The position numbers were made by a program, and so were the translations under genes. A stretch of 64,000 nt of DNA, from NCBI GenBank assembly GCA_913047625.1, contig CAJWUJ010000007.1, forward strand, positions 495 through 64,494, written 5' to 3'. Numbering within the stretch: position 1 is the first letter of the stretch; every line of letters starts with the position of its first letter. The stretch comes from an uncultured Dehalococcoidia bacterium (GTDB lineage: Bacteria; Chloroflexota; Dehalococcoidia; Lucifugimonadales; CAJWUJ01). Below are positions 17,224 through 26,730 of the stretch, piece by piece. A model generated the notes under the pieces. It worked only from the letters and a program-made list of their open reading frames with translations. It searched no databases and had not been told where the DNA came from.

Positions 17224-17928
17224 TTGATTGTGACACGATGTAAAACGTTTTTGTTTATTTTTGCCCATCCTGATGATGAAACTACGAGCAGTGGTGGAAC
17301 CATGGCTAAACTTGTGCGACAGGGTCATACGGTTTATGTATGTGTAGCAACAAAAGGAGAAGAAGGAACTCTTGGATCAGGAGGTTTTAGTGTAAAACGT
17401 AGTGATTTACCCCGTGTGCGAGAACAGGAACTCAGGGATGCTCTTGATATGTATGGAACTGAACCTCCGATTTTTTTAGGCTATAAAGATAAGCAATTAG
17501 AATTAATAGGACAAGAAGAGCTTCAAGGGCGTTTTTATCAGATAATAAATGCGATAGCTCCTGATTTTCTGATTACTTTTGGCCCAAGTGGTATTTCTCA
17601 GCATCCTGATCATATTGCCGTACACAAGAACGCAACTGCCGCATTTCATACTTTTCAATCATGCCATTCCTGTAGCAAACTTTTCTACGTAGCAATACCT
17701 GACATGTACAATGACTTTGACCTTAACTTGTCAGAAATAGAACGGAATCCGAATGTAATTATTGATATTACAGACGAATTTGATCTTAAGATAGCTGCCT
17801 TGAGGAACTACAAGAGTCAGGAGGATGCACAGTTCATGGCTAAGTTTTTCGAACAAAATAAGATATATTTTGAGTCATATGCTGAATGGAACGGAGCCGA
17901 TACACCCTCTATTCGAGATCAGTTTTGA
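17224..17928 (+). CDS. PIG-L/LmbE family deacetylase
   Basis: FAHPDDE and HPDH zinc-site motifs. The start is TTG 17224 or GTG 17230 (after AAGGA). Confidence 0.85.
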   Translation: MIVTRCKTFLFIFAHPDDETTSSGGTMAKLVRQGHTVYVCVATKGEEGTLGSGGFSVKRSDLPRVREQELRDALDMYGTEPPIFLGYKDKQLELIGQEELQGRFYQIINAIAPDFLITFGPSGISQHPDHIAVHKNATAAFHTFQSCHSCSKLFYVAIPDMYNDFDLNLSEIERNPNVIIDITDEFDLKIAALRNYKSQEDAQFMAKFFEQNKIYFESYAEWNGADTPSIRDQF

Positions 17929-17952
17929 ATAAGCACGTAGATCGTATTCTAT

Positions 17953-18699
17953 TTAAGACCATGTTTGCTTGTAAGTTGCACGGTCTAAGACCTTTCCCGT
18001 CATTGTATCTGCGCGGTGGAGAGCTAATGCTACAGCTGAAGGACCACAATCCTCAGGTTCCACTCTTTGATCCCAATTAGTGTGGGCCCAGGGAATTGCG
18101 TTAGAACCTTCACTTTTGAGTCCACCGGGGCTTAGGACATTCACGGCTATATTGTATTCTTTTAATTCTTCAGCTAGGCACATATTGAACATATGTAATG
18201 CGGCTTTACTGGAACAGTAGGCAGTACCTCCCCATCGATGTTCCACTCCTGCATTTGATCCTATATTGATGATACTGCCACTACGTTGCTGGATCATTAT
18301 CGGGATCACTGCTCGGCAGGTCAGGTACGGACCACGGGTATTTACTAGCATGAGTTCATCCCACCGTTGAGGATCGATTTCAAGAAAGGGCTCACAAGGT
18401 ATCATTATGCCAGCGTTGTTTACTAGGACATCAAGTTTACCGTATTGCTCAACAACATGGCTTACAGCGTTGTTGACTTGTACTTCATTCGTAACATCAC
18501 AAGCGATTCCTACAGCTGAACCTCCCAATTGACTTATTGCCTGAGCAGTTTGTTCAGCGGTTCCTGGAAGTCCTGTTGGTGAGTCGGCTCTGGAAGTCAC
18601 TATTACATGTGCTCCTTCTTGGGCGTAGGCGACTGCTATTGCTTTCCCCAGCCCTCGGCTTCCACCAGTAATTAGGGCAACTAAACCATTCATTTTCAT
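17953..18699 (-). CDS. Short-chain dehydrogenase/reductase (SDR)
   Basis: TGGSRGLGKA, NNAG and YCSSK (YxxxK). Confidence 0.9.
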   Translation of the reverse strand: MKMNGLVALITGGSRGLGKAIAVAYAQEGAHVIVTSRADSPTGLPGTAEQTAQAISQLGGSAVGIACDVTNEVQVNNAVSHVVEQYGKLDVLVNNAGIMIPCEPFLEIDPQRWDELMLVNTRGPYLTCRAVIPIMIQQRSGSIINIGSNAGVEHRWGGTAYCSSKAALHMFNMCLAEELKEYNIAVNVLSPGGLKSEGSNAIPWAHTNWDQRVEPEDCGPSAVALALHRADTMTGKVLDRATYKQTWS

Positions 18700-18810
18700 G
18701 GCTGTTCCTCCTTGCTTCTTGGATCGGTATTATATCATTAGACCTGTGGTTCGCAGGATACTACTTTTCTGCTGATATAATACCTAATATATTCTTGTAA
18801 GGAGCTGCTC

Positions 18811-19689
18811 ATGAATGACTTTAAGGGAGTGATAGCCGCGACCATTACCCCGTTCACTGAAAAAGGTGAGTTTAATGAAAGTGTTTTCGAACATATTATG
18901 CGGTCAAATATCGATGCAGGAGTTAATGGGTTTTGGATTAGCGGCGGTACAGGAGAAAGTGTCCTTCTCGAGGAAAATGAAGTTATACGGACTGCTGAAA
19001 TTTCTGCTGAAGTCTGTAAAAACAAAGCTAAGACCATTGTTCATGTTGGAGGATTGACTACTGACAGTTCAGTGAGGAAGGCAAAAGGGGCAGCGAAAGC
19101 TGGAGCTGATGCGATTGCCTGTGTCCCTCCGTTTTTTTATCATCCTACTGATCAAAGTATTGTGGATCACTATAAAGCGGTTGTGGATGCAGCAGAGTTG
19201 CCGCTCTTTGTCTATAACCAACCAAGATATACTGGTGTGGAATTTTCTCCCCAGATGATGGAAAAAGTGATTAAAGGTGTACCCGGTACTGTCGGAATTA
19301 AGCATTCTGCTGCAGATTTGAACAATATCTACCATTTTCGAGATATGGGATTGCAGGTCTTTACTGGCCATGGGAGTTTGTTTTTATCGGCTTTGGCAGC
19401 TGGGGCTGTTGGGGTAGTAGATGGACCATTGACACCAGTGCCTGAACTATGGGTAAGTATTTATAAAGCTTATTCTAATGGAGATCTTGCGTCAGCTTAT
19501 GAAGCTCAAAATAAAGCAACAGCTCTTGTTCACCTAATGCAAGATTATGGATTTTACGCTGCTTGCAAACTCCTTACGGGAAAACGGCTCGATGTTGACT
19601 GCGGAATTCCCCGACTACCTATACCTTCACTTTCGAAGGCAGATCAGGATGGATTTCTTGGTAAAGCCTCTAAACTAGGAGTTCTTTAA
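18811..19689 (+). CDS. Dihydrodipicolinate synthase / N-acetylneuraminate lyase family aldolase
   Basis: GGTGESVLL, YNQP and the Schiff-base lysine context VGIKHS. Confidence 0.85.
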   Translation: MNDFKGVIAATITPFTEKGEFNESVFEHIMRSNIDAGVNGFWISGGTGESVLLEENEVIRTAEISAEVCKNKAKTIVHVGGLTTDSSVRKAKGAAKAGADAIACVPPFFYHPTDQSIVDHYKAVVDAAELPLFVYNQPRYTGVEFSPQMMEKVIKGVPGTVGIKHSAADLNNIYHFRDMGLQVFTGHGSLFLSALAAGAVGVVDGPLTPVPELWVSIYKAYSNGDLASAYEAQNKATALVHLMQDYGFYAACKLLTGKRLDVDCGIPRLPIPSLSKADQDGFLGKASKLGVL

Positions 19690-19735
19690 CTGAAAAATAC
19701 TCCTAAAAATAAAAAAGCAGATATTGAGGAGCTAT

Positions 19736-19939
19736 ATGAAACAATTTTCTTGTGCAAAGTGTAATGATACATCGTTCAGGACAGGTACAATTCGCACGAC
19801 AGGATCTGGGTTGTCAAGATTCCTGAATTTACAGAATCAAAAATTCACTGCAATTTCTTGTAAGAATTGTGGATATACTGAGCTATTTCGCACAGACGGT
19901 GGAGGTGTAGGGAATATTTTTGACTTTCTTTCAGGTTGA
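19736..19939 (+). CDS. Zinc-ribbon domain protein
   Basis: CAKC...CKNC pairs. ATG 19736 lies 4 nt after GAGGAG; the track's TTG 19724 overlaps that SD. Confidence 0.7.
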   Translation: MKQFSCAKCNDTSFRTGTIRTTGSGLSRFLNLQNQKFTAISCKNCGYTELFRTDGGGVGNIFDFLSG

Positions 19940-19947
19940 TCTGTAGC

Positions 19948-20421
19948 TTATTCTTTGATCACACAATCCTGACAGACGGATTGTGGGATCAATCTCCATT
20001 TCATTAAATATTGAAAAACAAAGCACCCTGCACAGAATGATAGGATTGATTCCAAAAAAGTGAAGGCCAATAGAATTAATAACAAAATTTGTGCCGTTAA
20101 CGGTAGATTAAAAACGGCGAATGATAAGAAAATTCCAAGTGCAAATAAGGTGCCAATTAACTGCGCAAATCTTTTAGGAGGCCCTGCAACACGTTTCTCT
20201 TTTTTTATAATATAGGGAACAACTAACCGTACCGCTATTTGCCCCATCGGACTGAGTGTTGGTCCGGTCAATAATCTTGCTATAAAACCGTATAACATAA
20301 AAGCAGAAAGCCATGTTGATCCCGTAAATAGTATTGCTATCACTAGTATGAAAACCATAAAGGCGACAGATCGGGCTGCATATTCATTTACTGGGTTCGG
20401 AAAAGAAAATAGTGAGTGCAT
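19948..20421 (-). CDS. DUF4395-like integral membrane protein
   Basis: Four hydrophobic segments. C-terminal CAGCFVF...CQDC. AAGGA 9 nt before the ATG. Confidence 0.65.
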   Translation of the reverse strand: MHSLFSFPNPVNEYAARSVAFMVFILVIAILFTGSTWLSAFMLYGFIARLLTGPTLSPMGQIAVRLVVPYIIKKEKRVAGPPKRFAQLIGTLFALGIFLSFAVFNLPLTAQILLLILLAFTFLESILSFCAGCFVFQYLMKWRLIPQSVCQDCVIKE

Positions 20422-20456
20422 AATAAATATCCTTAAAATCCTTGTGTATTTTTAGT

Positions 20457-20488
20457 AAAAAAAAACCGCTCGGTTGATATTGAGCGGT
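20457..20488 (-). terminator. Rho-independent terminator on the minus strand, in the leader of the DUF4395 gene
   Basis: On the minus strand: ACCGCTC, a 10-nt loop, GAGCGGT, then nine T. It lies 36 nt upstream of ATG 20421. Confidence 0.6.
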
Positions 20489-20593
20489 AAAGTGATCGGA
20501 TCGGGGCTATGTCTGATTACTATACCTTAAAAATGGGTACACCTGCAGACGACATTAACCGTACAAAAAGATCCTACTTTCATTTGGATCGAG

Positions 20594-20622
20594 AGTCTAG
20601 CATTCACTAAAAGTGCTGTCAA
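20594..20622 (-). promoter_or_regulatory. Sigma70-like promoter (TTGACA-17 nt-TAGACT) driving the leader/sRNA
   Basis: On the minus strand: TTGACA at 20622-20617, a 17-nt spacer, TAGACT at 20599-20594. Confidence 0.35.
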
Positions 20623-20770
20623 ATTTGTATAGAAACTTACCAATAAGTTTGTTGATTACAAATGTTAAAGATGTTTTATTACCAAAAATTAGAAATCTTT
20701 GTATAATGAGGCCAGGTGTCCTTGGTATTCTGGTTTGGATAAGATTACAATCTAAATACAGGAGTTACTG

Positions 20771-22408
20771 GTGCAGAAGACAACGACCAAAAGATCAAAT
20801 TCTTTAGATATGCCATCTAGCATAAAGTATGACGTGGTTGTGGTGGGTGCTGGATTTGCTGGTATGTATTTATTGCACCGGTTCCGTAAAATGGGATTAT
20901 CTGCAAGAGTATTCGAGACAGCATCCAGCGTTGGTGGAACGTGGTATTGGAATCGTTATCCAGGAGCAAGGTGCGATACTTGGAGTATAGAATATTCCTA
21001 TAAGTTTTCTGAAGAACTTCAACAGGAATGGGAATGGTCCGAACTTTACGCGACTCAGCCTGAAATTATTCGGTATGCTAAACATGTTGCTGATCGCTTT
21101 GATCTCTGGAAGGACATACAGTTCAACACCACGGTGAATTCAGTTGTTTACGACGACTTATCAGCAAAGTGGACAGTTACAACTGATGCAGGAGATGTTT
21201 GTGAATCAAGATTTTGTGTCATGGCGACTGGCTGTATTTCATTACCCAATAAGCCAAAGTTTCAAGGTTTGGAAAATTTTGCTGGAACGTGGTATCACAC
21301 GGCTAGATGGCCGGATGAAGGAGTTGATTTTACAGGGAAGAGAGTAGCAGTAATTGGTACAGGATCATCTGGCATACAGTCAATACCTATTATTGCTGAA
21401 CAGGCACAGCACCTGTACGTGTTTCAGAGAACCCCAAACTATAGTATTCCTGCTAGGAACCGGTTACTTGATCCCAGTGAAGTGAAAGAAATTAAAGCTA
21501 ATTACAGTGAAATAAGAAAGCGAGCACAAACAACGCCTGGTAATCAAGCTCGGCTCAACTTACGAAAAGAAAATGCCATCGATGTTCCTGAGTCTGAGCG
21601 ACTTAAGGAATATCAATATCGCTGGAATGAGGGTGGTTCCTCCTTTATAGGAGCGTTTCAGGATTTATTATTTAATGCTGATTCCAATGAAACCGCTGCA
21701 GAGTTTGTTCGGGATCGGATTAGGGAAATAGTTCATGATCCTGAAACTGCTGAGAAATTATGTCCTGATAACGTTATTGGATGCAAGCGGTTGTGTGTAG
21801 ATTCAAATTATTTTGAAGCATTTAATCGAGAAACTGTTACTTTGATAGATGTATCCAATGAGCCTATCGAGTGTATTGTGGGAAAAGGTCCTAAGGTGGG
21901 TAAGCATGTCTACGATGTTGATGCAATCGTATTTGCAACAGGATTTGATAATATAACTGGTGCGCTACTTAATGTAGATATATTGGGAGCTAAGGGAAAA
22001 ATACTAAAGGAAAAATGGCAGGATGGTCCCCGTAGTTATTTGGGTCTTATGACAGCTGACTTCCCTAATTTATTTACTGTTACCGGTCCTGGCAGTCCTT
22101 CCGTTTTGACTAATATGATACCTACCATCGAGCAACATGTTGAGTGGATTACGGATTGTATTGATTATGTTATTAAGAACGAGTATGCAACAATTCAACC
22201 AACTGTTGAGGCAGAAGATGACTGGGTCAACCATGTGAATGAAGTTGCTGACAGGTCATTGCGGACAACTTGTAATTCGTGGTACATAGGGGCTAATATC
22301 AAAGGGAAACCTAGGGTTTATATGCCATACACTGGTGGTTTTCCTGCATATCTTGAGAAGTGTAAAGCCGTGATAGCAAACGGATATCAGGGCTTTAGAT
22401 TCAGTTAA
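20771..22408 (+). CDS. Baeyer-Villiger monooxygenase (cyclohexanone monooxygenase-like flavoprotein)
   Basis: VVVVGAGFAG, GGTWYWNRYPGARCD, BVMO fingerprint FAGTWYHTARWP, GTGSSG. GTG start 7 nt after AGGAG. Confidence 0.92.
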   Translation: MQKTTTKRSNSLDMPSSIKYDVVVVGAGFAGMYLLHRFRKMGLSARVFETASSVGGTWYWNRYPGARCDTWSIEYSYKFSEELQQEWEWSELYATQPEIIRYAKHVADRFDLWKDIQFNTTVNSVVYDDLSAKWTVTTDAGDVCESRFCVMATGCISLPNKPKFQGLENFAGTWYHTARWPDEGVDFTGKRVAVIGTGSSGIQSIPIIAEQAQHLYVFQRTPNYSIPARNRLLDPSEVKEIKANYSEIRKRAQTTPGNQARLNLRKENAIDVPESERLKEYQYRWNEGGSSFIGAFQDLLFNADSNETAAEFVRDRIREIVHDPETAEKLCPDNVIGCKRLCVDSNYFEAFNRETVTLIDVSNEPIECIVGKGPKVGKHVYDVDAIVFATGFDNITGALLNVDILGAKGKILKEKWQDGPRSYLGLMTADFPNLFTVTGPGSPSVLTNMIPTIEQHVEWITDCIDYVIKNEYATIQPTVEAEDDWVNHVNEVADRSLRTTCNSWYIGANIKGKPRVYMPYTGGFPAYLEKCKAVIANGYQGFRFS

Positions 22409-22436
22409 CTGAAAAATTGTTGGTGACTGATCTCTC

Positions 22437-23051
22437 CTATGAGTTGAGGGATAACATTTTCTTAAGAGTATCGTAATTAGGGAAAGGGTGGATCCACTCT
22501 ACAGGATTCCCGACATCTGTTGCTGGGTGAGGTTCCATAGAAGACTTTACGACTTCTGAACTTTTCCAAAACCGTACCACATCGTACTCTGGAGGACTTT
22601 TAGGATCGATATTCCCGTAATCAAACCAGTGATATGTTTCTTGGGGGATTTGAATTGAACAACCTGCGGTCAAGAGACAGATTCCTAGCCATTCTCCTGT
22701 GAAAATACCAAAGCATCCTCCCCCATGCAAGAAGAGCCGTGTTTCAGGAGCATGATGCCAATGAAGTTGAGAGTTCCGTCGTTTTACTTCTTTATAATTA
22801 TCACTATATTGAGGTCCAATTGATGCTAAGTCATAGTGACCAAGTTGGTAACTTTCCTGGATAGTCTTGATAGAGTTACTGGTAGGTTCAGATGAGAGCA
22901 TATCCCCCCTAATGGTAGTTGTGCTGATAGGGTATGTATTATAGTTAAGACCTACACTCTTTAACTCCGATATTATTTGTTGGGTTTCTTGCAGAATTGT
23001 TTGTGGGTTTGATTTGTCTGCTACGTCAAATAAAAAAAGACCTTGGATCAT
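22437..23051 (-). CDS. Cupin, acireductone dioxygenase (ARD)-like
   Basis: HWHHAPETRLFLHGGGCFGIF...IQIPQETYHWF...VVRFW matches the ARD metal-site pattern. It lies 43 nt downstream of a HyuB gene. Confidence 0.6.
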   Translation of the reverse strand: MIQGLFLFDVADKSNPQTILQETQQIISELKSVGLNYNTYPISTTTIRGDMLSSEPTSNSIKTIQESYQLGHYDLASIGPQYSDNYKEVKRRNSQLHWHHAPETRLFLHGGGCFGIFTGEWLGICLLTAGCSIQIPQETYHWFDYGNIDPKSPPEYDVVRFWKSSEVVKSSMEPHPATDVGNPVEWIHPFPNYDTLKKMLSLNS

Positions 23052-23094
23052 ATCATTAACTCCTCAATAAAATAGTTTATAGTTTGGTTAGTTA

Positions 23095-24873
23095 TTATGT
23101 TGTAGATTGGTTTCTAAGGTTGTTAGTTTCAGGATAGTTGATTTGTTTTTGGGTCTTGTCTATAACCACACCATAAACCTCTTTTGCTCTTTTGATAGAA
23201 ACTTTTTCGGCTATGACATCATCTAAAACCAAACTTGGATCTCTTTCAAAAGGATTTCCCCAGCCACCACCCCCTGGTACTTCGGCAATCAGAGTATCTT
23301 TGTTATTCATTGTTTCGATAAATTTTGATGGCATATTAGTTAGTTCTGTACCTGAGGCTATTTGGACATAAGTTCTTCTGGAATCATGTCCTCCATAAAG
23401 ACCGTATGGAGTATGTTCAGTTCTATCCGCTCTAATTTGAACAATGGCATCGTCGGTTAAATATTGATAGGCTCTGCGAATACCTACCCCTCCTCGAAAC
23501 TTACCTGCCCCTTCTGAGTCGGCTAGTAAATTAGTTTCAGTTACTTGAACAGGAATTTCTACTTCAAGGGTTTCAGAGGGAGCAATTGAGATATTGGTGG
23601 TCCATACATGTTGAGCATCTGCTCCATCCTTATGCGGATATCCTCCAGAACATACTTCAAGAAATCCATCTACTAGTACCCATGGCTTCCACGGTGTCTG
23701 CTGACGATTGTATCCAGCCATAGTAATTACGAACTCAGTTCCTCCAGAACACGCAGGAATAAACTCTGGCAAAATTTGAGCAAATGCTCCCATTACTGTT
23801 TGGAAAACCCTGACACAGCCAAGTGCCCTAGCAGCTACCGGGGCCGGTGGTAATGGATTCACGAACGTACCCTCTGGAGCAGTGAATGTGATTGGCCTGA
23901 AACATCCTGCAGTATTTGGAATCGATGTACCAAGTGCACTTAATGCGGTCTTAATTGCTGCGCATACAATCCCCTTTGTAGTTTGAAACACCGGCTGCAT
24001 CGCTCCTTTACATTGCGGTCCAGTTCCGGTGAAATCAACATGTAGTTCGTCTGCTGTTTTTGTCAATGTGGCTTTGATGGGAATAGGACCGATCCCGAAT
24101 CCGTCATCGTCGACGTAGTCAGTAAAGGACCATTGACCATCTGGAAGACTCGAAAGAGCCTTCCTTGTTAGATCTTCTGTGTAGTTCACCAAGTGTTCTG
24201 TATATTCAGTGATTTCTTCAATGCCAAAACGCTTGGCAAGTCTCATATATTCGGTTTCCCCATATGATAAAGCTGCTAATTGTCCGTGTAAGTCTCCCAA
24301 AACTTTATCTGGAACACGAACAGCTTTTTCCAGAATGCGAAACACTGTTTCATTTGGCTGGCCTTCGGCGTAAAGTTTGAGAGGCGGTATTCGTAGGCCT
24401 TCTTGATAGATTTCACTGCTATCGCATGCATTTCCTCCAGCCACTCTGCCTCCAATATCTGTATGGTGGCTCATTGCGCAGAGGTAACCTAGGAGAACCC
24501 CATCGAGAAAGATCGGTTTAAATAGAAAAATATCTGGCAAATGGGAGCCACCTTCATAGGGATCATTTAAAATGAAAATATCTCCAGGTTTAACCGAGTT
24601 TCTGTATCGGTTAAGGCATGAATCTAAGGCTGGCATCATGCCGCCAAGATGAATTGGAAGACATAGTCCTTGACCAATTAAATCCCCATTTGCACTTAAG
24701 ACGCCTGTTGAAAAATCAAGAGAGGCTCTCACTATAGAAGAGCGGGAGGCGCGTACCACTGTCAATGCCATACCGTCACCAATTCCTTCAAGCAGATTTC
24801 GTAGTACTTCGAGGCGGATTCCGTCGTATGCTATGTTGGATGTTGAGAAGGGTTTGGTGTTATTTGAATCCAT
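23095..24873 (-). CDS. Hydantoinase B/oxoprolinase-family protein (HyuB-type)
   Basis: NDPYEGGSHLPDIF, GGNACDSSEIYQEGLRIPPLKLY, EKAVRVPDKVLGDLHGQLAAL. Start taken at ATG 24873 (MDSNN..., after GAGGAG); the track's 24930 adds 19 non-conserved residues. Confidence 0.9.
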   Translation of the reverse strand: MDSNNTKPFSTSNIAYDGIRLEVLRNLLEGIGDGMALTVVRASRSSIVRASLDFSTGVLSANGDLIGQGLCLPIHLGGMMPALDSCLNRYRNSVKPGDIFILNDPYEGGSHLPDIFLFKPIFLDGVLLGYLCAMSHHTDIGGRVAGGNACDSSEIYQEGLRIPPLKLYAEGQPNETVFRILEKAVRVPDKVLGDLHGQLAALSYGETEYMRLAKRFGIEEITEYTEHLVNYTEDLTRKALSSLPDGQWSFTDYVDDDGFGIGPIPIKATLTKTADELHVDFTGTGPQCKGAMQPVFQTTKGIVCAAIKTALSALGTSIPNTAGCFRPITFTAPEGTFVNPLPPAPVAARALGCVRVFQTVMGAFAQILPEFIPACSGGTEFVITMAGYNRQQTPWKPWVLVDGFLEVCSGGYPHKDGADAQHVWTTNISIAPSETLEVEIPVQVTETNLLADSEGAGKFRGGVGIRRAYQYLTDDAIVQIRADRTEHTPYGLYGGHDSRRTYVQIASGTELTNMPSKFIETMNNKDTLIAEVPGGGGWGNPFERDPSLVLDDVIAEKVSIKRAKEVYGVVIDKTQKQINYPETNNLRNQSTT

Positions 24874-25007
24874 TAGATATGATTCTCCTCTTATTATTTT
24901 AAAACTGAGGAAAATTCCATAAGTGTGCAAACGCTGGATTTATGGAATAATTATTGTAGTGATTTGACATTTTGGCAGCAATATTTGGCAGGGAAGGAGT
25001 GTGTATT

Positions 25008-26183
25008 GTGTATGACATGGTAATTAAAGAGGGATTTGTTATTGATCCATCCATAGGTATGAAGGGTTTACTGGATATTGGGATAAAGAATGGCCGTATT
25101 GCGGATATATTACCAGATATATCAGTGGAGGGGGTGGGCTCAATAATCTCTGCCAAGAGCAATTTTGTAGTACCAGGGCTTATAGATGCTCACGTACATG
25201 TATATGGCTTCCCTCTATGTGTGCATCCCGACATTATTGGAGTTCAGGCAGGGGTAACAACTATGTTGGATGCAGGCAGCGGCGGCTGTGATACTTTTAA
25301 TGAATTTCCGGACACTACTGTTCCAGAGGCTATTACAGACATATATTGTTTACTGAACCTTGCTAGCAAAGGGTTAACTACAATGCCGAAGCCAGAACTT
25401 TTATCTAGGAAAGATATGGATATTCCTAGAACTATTCAAAAATTAGAATCGTATACTGAACGGGCAAAAGGAGTGAAAGTACGGACAGTTGGACCAGTTG
25501 CTAAAGAACTTGGTACTGGTCTCATCAAAATAGCTCAAGACGTGCAAACATCTACCGAATCACGCTTAATGGTTCATATTGGGGATCCATTTGATAACAC
25601 TCCTTCTGTCACACCTGATTTCCTTCCCATGTTAAAGGAAAATGACATTGTCACACATATGTTCACTCCACATATAGGCGGAATTCTTGACGGAAATGGG
25701 AGGGTGTTCCCTCAGGTTTCAGAGGCAGTGCAGTGCGGGGTTTGTTTAGATATTGGTATGGGTAGGTCTGCAGTGAGTTTTGATGTTGCCCGAAGATTGT
25801 TGGATCAGGGAATAGAACCTTACACTATAAGTACTGACCTAACATTGCCTGGGAGAACAAATCCTATTTTTAGTCTGACGGAAGTTATGTCATGGTGTAT
25901 GGCGTTAGGTTATAGTTTAGAAGATGTAATTTTGAGGACCACGTATAATGCTGCGAGAGTTCTTGGAATGTCTCATGATATTGGAACACTTAAAAAGGGT
26001 AGCACTGCAGATATTACTATTCTCAATGTTGTTGATGGTCCTTGGACTTTTTCTGATACAGATAATGGGAATATTAGCGGACAAAAGGCTATTGAACCAG
26101 TATTAACTATCAAGAATGGTGTAGCTATTCTCATAGGTAAAGGTCCTCATCCGTGGGGCTGGTTACCGAATGAGTTGAAGTGA
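25008..26183 (+). CDS. Amidohydrolase-superfamily metallohydrolase (dihydroorotase/deacetylase-like)
   Basis: VIKEGFVIDPS...VPGLIDAHVHVY. GTG 25008 lies 8 nt after GGAAGGAG; the alternatives are 24972 and 25017. Confidence 0.8.
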   Translation: MYDMVIKEGFVIDPSIGMKGLLDIGIKNGRIADILPDISVEGVGSIISAKSNFVVPGLIDAHVHVYGFPLCVHPDIIGVQAGVTTMLDAGSGGCDTFNEFPDTTVPEAITDIYCLLNLASKGLTTMPKPELLSRKDMDIPRTIQKLESYTERAKGVKVRTVGPVAKELGTGLIKIAQDVQTSTESRLMVHIGDPFDNTPSVTPDFLPMLKENDIVTHMFTPHIGGILDGNGRVFPQVSEAVQCGVCLDIGMGRSAVSFDVARRLLDQGIEPYTISTDLTLPGRTNPIFSLTEVMSWCMALGYSLEDVILRTTYNAARVLGMSHDIGTLKKGSTADITILNVVDGPWTFSDTDNGNISGQKAIEPVLTIKNGVAILIGKGPHPWGWLPNELK

Positions 26184-26244
26184 ATGATCGGACCATTGAT
26201 ATTTAGTTTGTCATGTGTTGCTAGGAATACTTAGTGGGGTAATC

Positions 26245-26706
26245 ATGGACTTAACATTATTGACACACAGACTTGCATCTATTGAAGATTTGAATGCTAT
26301 TGTTGAGTTGTTACTTGACGACGAGTTAGGCAGGAAGAGAGAAGATAAGTCTGGTTCTGTCCAGAACTATATTCCACCTTTCGAAAAGATCACGGCGGAT
26401 CCATCACAAGAATTGATTGTGACAGAGTTACATAATGAAATTGTCGCTACGCTTCATTTAACTTTTATTCAATACTTGACCTATCAAGGGGGTAAAAGAG
26501 CCCAAATTGAAGCCGTAAGAGTGAAATCATCATACAGGGGTCAGGGAATAGGTGTTTCTATAATGAGGTATGCAATTGAAAGGGCTCGCATACAACACGT
26601 GCATCTCGTTCAATTGACAACTGATAAAAGCAGGAGTAAAACGGTCGAGTTTTATCGCAGTCTAGGATTCACTGATTCGCATATTGGGATGAAGCTACCT
26701 CTTTAG
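26245..26706 (+). CDS. GNAT family N-acetyltransferase
   Basis: YRGQGIGVSIMRYAIERA acetyl-CoA-binding motif. About 150 aa. Confidence 0.8.
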   Translation: MDLTLLTHRLASIEDLNAIVELLLDDELGRKREDKSGSVQNYIPPFEKITADPSQELIVTELHNEIVATLHLTFIQYLTYQGGKRAQIEAVRVKSSYRGQGIGVSIMRYAIERARIQHVHLVQLTTDKSRSKTVEFYRSLGFTDSHIGMKLPL

Positions 26707-26730
26707 ATCTTTGTATTCAATAGTATTGAA

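Noticed and set aside
18738-19037. Minus-strand 99-aa ORF across the SDR/DapA-like divergent region.
   Set aside because: It overlaps the well-supported start of the DapA-family gene on the opposite strand and has no motif.
20527-20583. 18-codon Cys-rich mini-ORF in the DUF4395 leader, considered as a separate gene.
   Set aside because: It has no SD and is too short to support as a CDS. It is kept only as an alternative (leader peptide) within the leader finding.
20613-20807. Plus-strand 64-aa ORF overlapping the BVMO start.
   Set aside because: It has a GTG start without an SD and runs through the divergent promoter and leader region. The BVMO frame, with AGGAG + GTG at 20771, explains the downstream part.
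24874-24930. N-terminal extensions given by the ORF track (24930, 40083, 44293, 57753, 62315, 26215, 19724).
   Set aside because: The extensions are non-conserved relative to paralogs or family N-termini, lack an SD, or overlap upstream genes. Internal starts with an SD or better spacing were preferred, though the exact starts remain uncertain.
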